NCBI GenBank assembly: GCA_965248695.1
Contig: CBDFKD010000002.1
Location: forward strand, 448,001 to 512,000
Length of the DNA stretch: 64,000 nucleotides
From: Acidobacteriota bacterium
Lineage (GTDB): Bacteria > Acidobacteriota > UBA890 > WLXD01
Reading direction: 5' to 3'
Positions 9,728-18,953 of this stretch are shown here, piece by piece (the stretch's first letter is position 1; every line of letters starts with the position of its first letter). A program made the translations under genes and the position numbers. The notes under the pieces are model-generated. The model was not told the DNA's origin. It was given only the letters and a program-made list of their open reading frames with translations, and ran no database searches.

Positions 9728-10468
9728 CTAGGGCGAGTCCACTCGATTGCCGTCTTCCGTGAACGTTCCCCGGGTAAGGAAATACACGATCTCTTCCGCG
9801 ACGTCTCCGCGGTTCATGATGAAAGTGTGCGTGGCGGAGACGACAATGAAGTCCGCAGCTCCGTCGAGCCGTGCGCTGTCGACGCCGACCTTCCCGTCGT
9901 CCGGTCCGGGAATCAGCCAGGATCCGATCGGGTTGATGCTTCGATCCCCGGTGATGATGCCGAGGCTGAAATCGATCGGTCCGAGCTCCTGAGCGATGCC
10001 ACTCGGGTCGGTGCCGAGTCGAGCCGCAACTGGGCCCAGGAGCGATCGAAGGAGCGGTGAGTCGTTGAAAGCGTCGATGAACTCGCTGCCCTTGTTCGGC
10101 GGGCTCAGCATCACGACGCGGCCCGTGAACCCCGGTGCGCGGTCGGCGAGATAGCTTCGAACAAGCACACCGCCCAGCGAGTGGGTGACGAAGTGCGTGG
10201 TATCGGACGGGCCCCCGCAGCAACGGGCGACCGCATCGTCGAGGCTATCGACCAGATCCTCGATCTCTGCCGAGATCGACGGGTAGCCGAAGTTCACGAC
10301 CCGGAACCCTGCCACCCTGAGGCGCACACTCAACACCGACATCGAGGCGGGCGTGCGACCCAGACCGTGAACCAGGATCACAGTCGCCGCATCAGGAGAC
10401 AGCGTTGGCGCGCACGCGGACAGGAGTCCGCCTGCGACCAGCGTCGAGAGGATCACCAACCTAGCCAT
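9728..10468 (-). CDS. Alpha/beta hydrolase (lipase-like), possible lipoprotein
   Basis: LVHGLGR, THSLGG nucleophile elbow, DDGKV, HTFIM; LLSAC lipobox-like sequence. Confidence 0.85.
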   Translation of the reverse strand: MARLVILSTLVAGGLLSACAPTLSPDAATVILVHGLGRTPASMSVLSVRLRVAGFRVVNFGYPSISAEIEDLVDSLDDAVARCCGGPSDTTHFVTHSLGGVLVRSYLADRAPGFTGRVVMLSPPNKGSEFIDAFNDSPLLRSLLGPVAARLGTDPSGIAQELGPIDFSLGIITGDRSINPIGSWLIPGPDDGKVGVDSARLDGAADFIVVSATHTFIMNRGDVAEEIVYFLTRGTFTEDGNRVDSP

Positions 10469-10519
10469 CAGTCTCCTGAGCTCTGGCGCGACCACGATGC
10501 TCTTGCCGATAGCACCGCT

Positions 10520-11169
10520 TCAATCAGCCACCTCCTTCTCTGCCCGCCGCAGATCGCTGAGGTAATAGACGAAGACAGCGCCAGCGATGCCGCCAGCCGT
10601 CAGAACCTTGAGAAGGTACCGGGCGGTCACATCTTGACCGAGGATGTTGTAGACCAGATCGATGGAGATTCCGACCAGGACTGCGGCGGCGATGGCCAGC
10701 GTCAAATAGGTGAGCCAGCCGCGCACCGGAGAGGTCCGCTTCAGCGGCGACAGAGCAAGCGCACGGCTGTTGGCCCTCGCGGTGTAGAGAAACACCGGCG
10801 TCGCGACCACCAGCGTTGCGATCGATTGCCGGACGATCTCCGGTATCGCATCGATCCGGGGCTGCGACCAGAGCGGGTCCGGAAGAGCTAGGTCGATGAA
10901 CTGGAACAGCAGGCTCCCGAGGCCACCAGCGGTGAGATACAGCGTGCTGAAGAGCACCAGATACTCGAACGCCTCTCGAGCCGAAAGCGACGGCCGCGGC
11001 CCCGTGGCACGGCAATGGGAAACTCGACCGCCGCGAACGACAGGAGCGCCGCCTGCACCTCATCGTCCGACCAATCCGCTTGACGCAGAACATCTCGGAT
11101 CTCGTCTCGCGGCACACCCCGGTTCAGGGCCTCGCGGATAAACCCCGTCAGATCCTCATTGACTGCCAT
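10520..11169 (-). pseudogene. DUF5671-like membrane protein, frameshifted
   Basis: MAVNEDLTGFIREAL..FPIAVPR continues as PRPSLSAREAFEYLVLF in another frame. The shift lies in a GGGG run near 11000. Confidence 0.75.
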
Positions 11170-11188
11170 GCGGCCTCCGTTTGCGACT

Positions 11189-11214
11189 GTCTAACGGTGT
11201 GAGCGACTCCTGCT
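11189..11214 (-). other. Right half of an attC-like site (GTTAGAC core)
   Basis: Minus strand AGCAGGAGTCGCTCACACC-GTTAGAC just before the RBS/ATG; resembles the right arm of the attC at 22835. Confidence 0.45.
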
Positions 11215-11253
11215 ATGCACGCATCATGATCAGCACTATCAGAAGAAAACACT

Positions 11254-11305
11254 GTGTTGACACCGTCAACACCTGAACATACGTGCCTATGTTGCTGATG
11301 TCAAC
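11254..11305. promoter_or_regulatory. Paired GTTGAC-N3-GTCAAC operator-like palindromes
   Basis: GTGTTGAC-ACC-GTCAACAC (11254-11272) and GTTGCT-GAT-GTCAAC (11291-11305). Confidence 0.55.
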
Positions 11306-11315
11306 ATTCTCGTCG

Positions 11316-11519
11316 CTACCTCTCGAGGGCGGCGCGGTTCTTGACGCTGTCGTAGTAGGAGTTCACATCCCGAATCAGGCCATCCTTCACGAAGACCCAG
11401 TCGCATGCCTCGACCGTCCCCGCCGGGGTCTCCACCTCGTAGGTGATGGCCGCCCGGCCGTCGCCCGTGTCCCAGGCGCGAAGCCGAAGCCGAGCGAGGT
11501 CGGCGGGCGATTCGCTCAT
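11316..11519 (-). pseudogene. C-terminal half of a SnoaL/NTF2-like protein
   Basis: GDGRAAITYEV..CDWVFVKDGLIRDVNSYYD; only 67 aa. Confidence 0.45.
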
Positions 11520-11526
11520 CGATTCC

Positions 11527-12006
11527 TCACGACTCGAGGGCCTGCAGAACCTGTCGGATACGCTTCCCGTCCGGCTTTGCGAGACCGAGCATCTTGCTCG
11601 CGGACTGGCCCCGTGTCTCGACGGTCACCTGGTCCCAGAAGATGCCGGAGCGATAGTCGAACCCGGCGACCTTTCTCCATGGGATCTCCTCTTCCTGTCG
11701 GCTCAGGTTGAGAACACCAGGAGTACCGATCACGATCTTCTCTTCCGTGAGACTGATCGTCTGTGGGAGGAATCGGGCCCGCTGCAGGATTGTCGGAAGG
11801 AGCCGCGCCGTGACCGCGAAGGACTTGAACTCGACGGGGCCGCGAAGCGCCTCGTACCGATGCCCGCACCACCGACACAACGTCGCCTCGGACCAGTTCC
11901 TGGCTCCGCACGCAGGGCACGGCTTGCCCTCCACCCGCTCGCCACAGGAGCGACAAAACTGAGCCTCGGTCGGAATCTCACTCAGGCAGTCTGGGCAAGT
12001 CTTCAT
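11527..12006 (-). CDS. Double zinc-ribbon protein with C-terminal PH-like domain
   Basis: CPDC..CRSCG..CPACG..CRWCG zinc-ribbon motifs. Confidence 0.8.
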   Translation of the reverse strand: MKTCPDCLSEIPTEAQFCRSCGERVEGKPCPACGARNWSEATLCRWCGHRYEALRGPVEFKSFAVTARLLPTILQRARFLPQTISLTEEKIVIGTPGVLNLSRQEEEIPWRKVAGFDYRSGIFWDQVTVETRGQSASKMLGLAKPDGKRIRQVLQALES

Positions 12007-12059
12007 TACTCTCATTCTATACGGTTGTATGGAAAAGTACTTTGTGTTATCAAGTACCT

Positions 12060-12440
12060 ATGCGAACCCACGAGTACACCATCGTCGTGATCCAGAGCTT
12101 CTTTATCTTCCCGGCCGCTCTTTTCATGGCCGCGCTTGTTGTCCGTACGCTCCAATGGCTGCCATACGATGCGGCGATCACTGCTCAACAGATCGTTGGA
12201 TGGTACGCCGAGCGGATGTGGACTCTCTGGGTGTTGCTGCTGGCTCTGCCGGCCGCCGCGCTGGCTACCGGTGGCGCCACGCTCTTGCTGAGTTGGAAAC
12301 CGGATGCTCAGGTGCCACAAGCAGAGAGCGCACCTGCCGCGAGGAACCGGACACCCCTGGCAACGCTCCTGATCGCTGCCCCGACCGCATCGTCCGCAGG
12401 TATTCTGGCGGTGGTCGTCCTGCACATGCTAGCCAACTGA
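12060..12440 (+). CDS. Hypothetical membrane protein
   Basis: Three hydrophobic segments; ends VVLHMLAN. Confidence 0.6.
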   Translation: MRTHEYTIVVIQSFFIFPAALFMAALVVRTLQWLPYDAAITAQQIVGWYAERMWTLWVLLLALPAAALATGGATLLLSWKPDAQVPQAESAPAARNRTPLATLLIAAPTASSAGILAVVVLHMLAN

Positions 12441-12470
12441 GGGCCCGCTTCTCAGGCGGCGGCGCGAGCC

Positions 12471-13443
12471 TCACGAAACCACGGTGATGACGATCTTGCC
12501 CGTGTGCCGCGCTTCTCCGAACCGCCGGATGGCCTGCGGCACTTCGTCGAGTGGGTAGGTGCCGTCGATGGACGGCACGACCTTGCCGGCGTCCAAGAGC
12601 TCGGTCATCCGGTCCAGCCCCTCGTTCGGCTTCAGACCCAGAACACGAACGTGCCGATTTCTGGTTCTGGCGATCCATCGTCGAAGCACGAGACACTGAA
12701 TGAGTCGAGGAATGGTCCCTCCGACGGTGACATAGGTTCCGCCCGGTACCAGCGCGCGCGCGTAGGCGAACGGGGAGCGGTTGGTCTTGGCGTCGAGGAT
12801 CACGTCGTAGGTCTGACCGGTCGTGGTGAAATCCACCTCGGTGTAGTCGATGACGTAGTCGAAGCCCGCCGACCGCATGAAGTCCTGCTTCGCTGCGCTA
12901 TCGACGCCGGTCACCTCGACGCCGTGGTGCTTGGCGAGCTGCACCGCCACCATGCCCACGCCGCCACCTGCCCCGTTGACGAGAAGCGTCTGCGCTTCTT
13001 GGATCCGGGCGATGCCGTGCAGAGCCTGCTGAGCGAGCATGGCGGCGTGCGGTATCGCGGCGGCCTGCTCGTAGGTGAGCGTGCGTGGCATGGGCACTAC
13101 GGCGTCTTCGCGCGCACACACGTACTCGGCGAAAGCTCCAAAACCGCTTTCGCTCAGGTCCCCGTATACGTCCGTCACCCACTGTCAGATCGGTAACGCC
13201 CTTGCTGACGGCTTCGATCCGTCCGGCCACATCGCAACCGATGATCGGAATCTTCGGCGCCTGCAGCCCGGCCAACAGGCGGACATAGACGGGTTTTCCA
13301 CGCACCAGCACCCAGTCCCAGTCGTTCACGGCGGCTGCGTGGACCTTGATCAGGACGTCACCGTCCTCTGGACAAGGCTTCGGCACCTCTCGCAGCTCGA
13401 GATCGTCGGGGGTCCCATACCGGGTCAACAGGATGGCTTTCAT
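12471..13443 (-). pseudogene. MDR-family alcohol dehydrogenase, frameshifted
   Basis: MKAILLTRYGTPDDL..VGD, then one extra G near 13173, then DVYGDLSESGFGAFAEY..NGAGGGVG..GKIVITV. Confidence 0.85.
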
Positions 13444-13586
13444 CGCTGCGGCGGACTGCTCCTTCGATATTTCCTCTTGATCGTCACATCTTGACAATCA
13501 AATGCTGGACTGCGAATCCGCCGCGCGGCCAGCGTAGACGCGCTCACGACGCTGAGGTCGGAATGACGACCGCGCACCGCGGTGGG

Positions 13587-13991
13587 TCATGGCTTCCTGG
13601 CGCGCAAGAGATGCTCGGCAAGATCTGAGATCGTCCACTCCTCCGCGATCAGGCCGTCACGGAACTGGCTCGTAGCCATGTCGCGCCACACGATTTTACG
13701 GCCAGAGGCGGGGAATCCCGCGAAGTTGCCCTGATGCGTGCCCTTCAGGGTCCGCTGCCACGCAACTCGGTCCTTCCCTTCCACAAGGACCTGGACCTCG
13801 ACCTGGAGATCCGTGAAGGCATTTCGCAGCATGCTCAGGAATCCACGGATCGCGTCGTGACCACGTATCTCACGATCCGTGAGGTGAGCGACGTAGTCCG
13901 GCGTGAAGAACTCGCTGATCGCTTCTACGTTTCCGTCAACGATGAGCACCGAGTTGGCTGCTCGGATCTTCGAAGCAAACGACCGGTCCAT
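13587..13991 (-). CDS. SnoaL-like ester cyclase family protein
   Basis: AFTDLQVEV..EGKDRVAW..GTHQGNFAGFPASGRKI..DGLIAEEW. Confidence 0.85.
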   Translation of the reverse strand: MDRSFASKIRAANSVLIVDGNVEAISEFFTPDYVAHLTDREIRGHDAIRGFLSMLRNAFTDLQVEVQVLVEGKDRVAWQRTLKGTHQGNFAGFPASGRKIVWRDMATSQFRDGLIAEEWTISDLAEHLLRARKP

Positions 13992-14061
13992 TCAGGAGCC
14001 TCCTGTTGCGGTTCAGCGGCGATCGTCGTGTTGGCCTCTCTTGGTTTCTCGTATGGACCCG

Positions 14062-14493
14062 TCAACGAGGCACGCTGATCCAGCCTTTGCTCTCGGCGTA
14101 CTTCGAATACCAGACCAAGAACGCTGCCACGATCAGCGGCATTAGAAAGTACATCGAGATCTCGAAGAGACCTAGGGCGATTCCCATGCCAAGCAACGGG
14201 ATCGTCGCCACGACCACGGCAAGTAGTGACGCGACGAGTAAATAGAACGCAGCCGACTTCCTGAGCAGAAGCAAAAGGCAACCGAACGCCCCACCGACAA
14301 CGGCTAAGGCAAAAGCTCCGGTCGACCATACCGGTCGATGCTCCAGGATCGCGCGTTGCGATTCGGGCATTGCGGCCATGTCTGCTGTCATTTGCATGAC
14401 GAAATTCATCACGCCGAAGACATTCCACATCAACCCAACAGCGCTGATTACCCAGAAGCTCCAGCGAGTACCACCAACGGTCTCATCGTTCAC
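14062..14493 (-). CDS. Hypothetical 4-TM membrane protein
   Basis: GTG start after GGAGG; WSFWVISAVGLMWN..LLLLLRKS. Confidence 0.75.
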   Translation of the reverse strand: MNDETVGGTRWSFWVISAVGLMWNVFGVMNFVMQMTADMAAMPESQRAILEHRPVWSTGAFALAVVGGAFGCLLLLLRKSAAFYLLVASLLAVVVATIPLLGMGIALGLFEISMYFLMPLIVAAFLVWYSKYAESKGWISVPR

Positions 14494-14539
14494 TGCGTCC
14501 TCCAGTTTCCTGCCCAACAGCGTAGCCGCTGAGGCCCAG

Positions 14540-14737
14540 TCACGGCGTGAGGACCACCTTTCCGTGGAGCTCGTCCTCGACGAGGTGCCGGAAAGCCGCG
14601 TGGATCTCACTCCGCGGGTAGCTGCTGTCGATGATGGGCGTGATCTTCCCGCCTTCGAGAAGCTCTCTCAAGACGGCCATGGCGCCTCTCTTACCGGTTT
14701 CGACGGGTTCCCGGATCCCAGTCGTTTTTCGAACCAC
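14540..14737 (-). pseudogene. 3' fragment of an MDR alcohol dehydrogenase
   Basis: LRELLEGGKITPIIDSSYP..HGKVVL matches the C-termini of the two other MDR genes. Confidence 0.75.
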
Positions 14738-14781
14738 GACAGGAGCACCAGATAGAAGTAGGGTCAGCGATACCCTTCGTT

Positions 14782-15384
14782 CTACATGGAATCGCTCTCA
14801 TGACGAAACGTGCCTAGGATTTCAACGACAACGGCCTCCGCCCTACCCAGGGCCTGTCGAGGCGAGTCGTGATTGGCAACCCAAAGCGCGAGCTCGTTCA
14901 TCGCCCCGGACAGTGCAACGGCGAGAGCTTCGGCATCTTCCATCCTCAAGTGCCCGCTACGCCGCAGCTCGTCCAACCCGTCCCGGAGCGTCCGTGCTGC
15001 CGTCCGGTCATCGATTTCTTTCCACGTTCGCCACCCCAAGACCGACGGACCGTCCACAAGGACGATGCGGCGGAACGACCGATCGGTAGCAGCGGCCAAG
15101 AACGCTCGACACCCGGCCTCCAGCCCTGACCACCCGTGCCCGTGACCGCTCGAGGCCTGCTCGATTCGCACCCCAAGGCGCCCGAGCGTTCGTTCTAGAA
15201 CCGCTTCGAACAGCCCCTGCTTACTCCCGAAGTGGTGATAAAGAGCCCCCCGCGTAACTCCCAGGCGGCCGACGAGCTCTTCGAGGGGTGCCTCGCGATA
15301 GGGTCGCTCGGTGAAGAAGGCAACGCCTGCGTCGATCAGAGCGGAACGGGTCTTGGCAGCGTCTTGGGCAGTTCGCCTCGGCAC
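14782..15384 (-). CDS. TetR/AcrR family regulator
   Basis: LGVTRGALYHHFGSKQGLF HTH motif. Confidence 0.92.
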   Translation of the reverse strand: MPRRTAQDAAKTRSALIDAGVAFFTERPYREAPLEELVGRLGVTRGALYHHFGSKQGLFEAVLERTLGRLGVRIEQASSGHGHGWSGLEAGCRAFLAAATDRSFRRIVLVDGPSVLGWRTWKEIDDRTAARTLRDGLDELRRSGHLRMEDAEALAVALSGAMNELALWVANHDSPRQALGRAEAVVVEILGTFRHESDSM

Positions 15385-15393
15385 GCGCCTAAG

Positions 15394-15422
15394 TTGACAT
15401 ACATACAGTATGTATGCAAACT
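15394..15422. promoter_or_regulatory. TetR operator overlapping a putative sigma70 promoter
   Basis: CATACATA-CAG-TATGTATG (15398-15416) overlaps TTGACA (15394-15399) between the divergent tetR and VOC genes. Confidence 0.7.
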
Positions 15423-15457
15423 GCCGAGTACATTCACTCTGTACGTAGAGGGTGGCT

Positions 15458-15889
15458 ATGAAAGTCTCAAGCGTCTATCCGGTTCTCATCACCGATACCG
15501 TTGCCGCCACGGCAGACTTCTACCGCAGTCACTTCGACTTCGAAGACACCTTTGCGTCCGATTGGTACGTTAGCCTGCGCCACCGGACAGCCCCGGTTCA
15601 GGAGCTCGCCATCCTGCAGCTCGGACACCCTTCGATCCCGGTTGGCGATAGCACGCGGTGCCAGGGACTCGTGATCAACATCGAAGTCGAAGACGCCTCT
15701 GCCGAGTACGATCGCCTCGTGGAAGGTGCCGGCCTTCCTGTCGTCGCGCCACTTCGCGACGAGAGCTTCGGCCAACGTCACTTTATGGTTCGTGACCCCG
15801 CCGGGAACCTCGTCGATGTGATTGAGAATATCGCTGCTACAGGTGAGTTCGCAGACAGCTACGTTGATGATGGACGTGGTTCCGCCTAG
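15458..15889 (+). CDS. VOC/glyoxalase family protein
   Basis: TADFYRSHFDF..LRDESFGQRHFMVRDPAGNLVDV. Confidence 0.9.
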   Translation: MKVSSVYPVLITDTVAATADFYRSHFDFEDTFASDWYVSLRHRTAPVQELAILQLGHPSIPVGDSTRCQGLVINIEVEDASAEYDRLVEGAGLPVVAPLRDESFGQRHFMVRDPAGNLVDVIENIAATGEFADSYVDDGRGSA

Positions 15890-15957
15890 CGGCTCGCGAA
15901 TCGGCTCGGGAATAGCTCGTCTTGAAGACTGCCGAGGGGCGCGCCCCGTCGGATCTG

Positions 15958-16357
15958 CTACGAGTCCCGAGGCGCGAGGACCGCGGAATCTCCGCTGCAG
16001 GCTTCTACTGCGAAGATCGCTAGCCGTTCCAAAGTCATCTCGATGTCGTCGTGGGTCACACTCGGGTGTATCGGACACAACCGCAGGACCGGCCGGTCGC
16101 CGACTATTGTCGACGTTACGACCGCGAAGCCATCGGCCAGCATTGCCTGAACAACAGCATCGACGACCTTGTCTTCTTCCTCCATGGTCAGCGCGGTATC
16201 TCCCCAGCGAAAGGTGACAACCCCGAGTTGCGCCTCGGTTACGACCTCCCAGCCTCTTCGCTTCCCTTCCTGGGCCCCGGCTCGCAGCACCGACTCAGCA
16301 AACTCCGCCATCCGAAGCCCATGCTCGACCGCGCGGGAAAAGGCATCCACGCCGAAC
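15958..16357 (-). pseudogene. 3' fragment of a group II PLP-dependent decarboxylase
   Basis: FGVDAF..WEVVTEAQLGVVTFR..VVTSTIVGDRPVLRLCPIHP; the 5' part is cut off by an IS end. Confidence 0.75.
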
Positions 16358-16425
16358 TGCGTATTTCGGTGATGCCGATCGGTTGTTTCGGTCATCGCGA
16401 TCACTCGTTTCGGGTGATCGCGATC
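16358..16425. mobile_element. Solo IS21-family-like terminus
   Basis: Starts TGCGTA, then three TTTCGG(G)TSATSSCGATC repeats at a 22-bp period (16364, 16386, 16408). No transposase follows. Confidence 0.65.
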
Positions 16426-16662
16426 AGGGCATCGGAGCGAAGCGACGTTGTGTTGGGATGTTAGCGGATCACCTTGGGTGAGTCAGAAGTAGTAGTAGAG
16501 GCGGTGGAGGCTGTGGGGGACATGGCTGGGCCGCCTGGCTGGGCCATCTATGCGGCGATAACCGGGACAGCACTGGTGCTGCTGCTGCGGCAGGAACCTA
16601 CCGATAACGACGACATCGTGGATCCGGCGAGCGCCGCCAGCGTCTAGCAGGCCGTGGTGCTG

Positions 16663-17220
16663 TCAGCCTTGCGTGATCATCGACAGAAGCCGATCGACAG
16701 TTCTGTAGTTTCGACCGGTCGTTACCACGCCGAGATGCCTTTCTGCCCCCGCGGCGAGTTTGGAACGGCCAATTCCATCCGGAGCGTGAAGATAGAAGAC
16801 GCCATCCGTGAGCTCGTATCTCTCGGTCGCTGTCTTCTTGGCGTCCAGCGCCTCCGTATCGGGATCGGAGGCTGGCTCGGCGAGAAAAAGGAAATGCAGC
16901 GTCTTCGGATCAGATACAGCCTCGGGGAACGGATTCGATTCGATCGCAGCAAGCAGGTCTTCGCGGCTGAGGAAGAGGATTCGCGGTCGAAATCCGTGTC
17001 GCTCCTCGATGCGTCGACCGATGCGATTGCCGAGGGACGCAGCGGTCTTGGCTGTCGAGTCGAAAACGACGTTCCCACTTTGGATGTACGTGCGTACGTT
17101 CACCAGGTTCAGTGATTCGAGATCACTCCTGAGCTTCGCCATCGGCAGGATGTTGTTGCCGCCAACATTGATGCCGCGAAAGAGCGCAATCCACGTTTGC
17201 ATTGAGTTAGCGTTGGTCAA
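16663..17220 (-). CDS. DUF1697 family protein
   Basis: IALFRGINVGG..VRTYIQSGNVVF..TGRNYRTV. Confidence 0.9.
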   Translation of the reverse strand: MTNANSMQTWIALFRGINVGGNNILPMAKLRSDLESLNLVNVRTYIQSGNVVFDSTAKTAASLGNRIGRRIEERHGFRPRILFLSREDLLAAIESNPFPEAVSDPKTLHFLFLAEPASDPDTEALDAKKTATERYELTDGVFYLHAPDGIGRSKLAAGAERHLGVVTTGRNYRTVDRLLSMITQG

Positions 17221-17320
17221 GTTGTGCTTCGTTGGCCAGGAACTCCGCTATGAGCGATTGGATGGTCTTTCGTTTTTTGCTGCCGCTCTTGTCGCGCATG
17301 TTAGTCGGACTGGGAGCCGC

Positions 17321-18094
17321 TCAGATCCCCGCGTACCACGACCACCCGCTCTGCAGGAGTCCGCGGTCGCCCATATCGTCGAAGTGGTCGGTGACGACGA
17401 TCCGTCGCAGGAACTTCATGCTCTTGTAGCCCATCTGCTTCTCCACCCGGACGCGAACCGGCGCCCCATGGGGAACGGGCAGGTCGCCGCCGTTCATCCC
17501 GTAGGCCAGGATCGTCTGTGGGTGAAGGGCATCGAGCATGTCGATACCGTCCGCAAAGGCGTCGTAGGTGTAGAACTGGACGAAGCGAGCGCTGGGAAGG
17601 ACTCCAGCAGCCTCCAGCACCGGACGCAACGGCACCCCGGTCCACTCGGCGATAGCGGACCAGCCTTCCTCGCACGTGTGCCTCGTGATCTGCGTGCGCG
17701 AGGGGAACTGCTTCAAGTCTTCGAGTGAGAACGCTCGCGGCCGTGCCACGCTGCCCTCGACCGTCAGGCGCCAGTCGGCGAAACCGCCGTGTCGCAGACG
17801 GTCGTAGATCGGCCCGCGTTCGGGGTCGAAAATGGAACGGCTAGGGTCACCCGGATTCGTCGTGCCGATGGCGGGCGACGAGGAGATGTCGGCATGGCTA
17901 TATTCCCGGGCCATCGACATGCCGGGAAGTAGCAGGCGATGCGCCTTGTAGGTCAGCACGTCGCCCATCCGCAGCAGATTGCCGTAGGTGGGGGGCAGTT
18001 CGCCCCCCGAGCAGCCCGTAAGCACCAATCCGGCGGCCGAGCTGAGTCCGGTGAGGAGGGCGCGACGGCGGGTGATGAGAGTGTCGTCTTTCAT
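17321..18094 (-). CDS. Tat-exported molybdopterin oxidoreductase (sulfite oxidase/MsrP-like)
   Basis: TRRRALL Tat motif, HTCEEGWS Mo-ligand Cys, HGAPVRVRVE..GYKSMK. Confidence 0.88.
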   Translation of the reverse strand: MKDDTLITRRRALLTGLSSAAGLVLTGCSGGELPPTYGNLLRMGDVLTYKAHRLLLPGMSMAREYSHADISSSPAIGTTNPGDPSRSIFDPERGPIYDRLRHGGFADWRLTVEGSVARPRAFSLEDLKQFPSRTQITRHTCEEGWSAIAEWTGVPLRPVLEAAGVLPSARFVQFYTYDAFADGIDMLDALHPQTILAYGMNGGDLPVPHGAPVRVRVEKQMGYKSMKFLRRIVVTDHFDDMGDRGLLQSGWSWYAGI

Positions 18095-18095
18095 G

Positions 18096-18836
18096 CTATT
18101 CCCCGATTGTCATGGCGCGAATCTGCCGGCGGAAGCCGGACAGGACGACCATCAGCACGTGGCCGACCAGAAAGAGAACGAGTGCGGCGAATAGGAAGAA
18201 GTGGATCGTGCGAGCAGACTGGAAACCCCCGAACATGCCGGACAGAAACGGGTAGGCGGCGGTAACGGCCGGCGACATCGCCAGCCCGGTGAGAACCATC
18301 AGCGGCATTCCCACCAAGACGACACCGAGATAGGCGCACTTCTGCAACAGGCCGTACTGCGGCCCGCCGGTAGCGGATCGGATCTGTCGACGCACATGGC
18401 GACCCAGGTCCTGCCACAACAGCCGCGGCGAGAGCTCGCCGGATCGGGGCACCAGGTGGCGCCTCATGTGGCCCGACACGATCCCGGCAAGAAGGTAGAC
18501 GCCGCCTGTCGCCACCAGGAACCAGGCCGCGAGGAAATGCAGGCTACGCCCCCAGCTGTTCTGGTTGAGGATCGGGTACGTCCGCTCGGCGCTGATGGGC
18601 GCATCGGCACCTTCGAAGAATGGCCGGGCGTCAGCCCAGCCACCGTGCTGGTGGTTCCTGCTGATCGGCAGTTCGAGCAGCGCCGGCGTCAGGTCGTTTC
18701 CAACCTCGCCCCAATAGAGCCGCGGATGGGTCCTCAGAATGACGAACCCGGTGAACGCCAGCGTCACGAAGCTCGCAGCAATCACCCAGTGCGTAATCCT
18801 GACCCAGCGGGTGTGGCGGTCCGAAGGCAATGGCAT
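18096..18836 (-). CDS. Cytochrome b (Ni-hydrogenase/FdnI-like) membrane partner
   Basis: RITHW, RSLHF, YGLLQKCAY, RTIHF..GHV heme histidines. Confidence 0.88.
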   Translation of the reverse strand: MPLPSDRHTRWVRITHWVIAASFVTLAFTGFVILRTHPRLYWGEVGNDLTPALLELPISRNHQHGGWADARPFFEGADAPISAERTYPILNQNSWGRSLHFLAAWFLVATGGVYLLAGIVSGHMRRHLVPRSGELSPRLLWQDLGRHVRRQIRSATGGPQYGLLQKCAYLGVVLVGMPLMVLTGLAMSPAVTAAYPFLSGMFGGFQSARTIHFFLFAALVLFLVGHVLMVVLSGFRRQIRAMTIGE

Positions 18837-18953
18837 CTCCGAAATAGGCGTCGGCGGTCGCTCCCTAGCCTACTCCCTCTCGAACCACTAGAGAGCGGCG
18901 GCAGGACTCCCATCGCGGACACCCCGCGGCTAGCCATCCGACGAATCGCCGTC

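Noticed and set aside
13992-14061. Possible attC left arm (GGCCAAC..CGATCGCCGCTGA); similar GACTAAC near 17300
   Set aside because: Too degenerate and no complementary arm or GTTRRRY partner.
16364-16425. Three 22-bp-period repeats as a mini-CRISPR array
   Set aside because: Spacers are only about 5 bp, there are no cas genes, and the pattern fits an IS21-type end.
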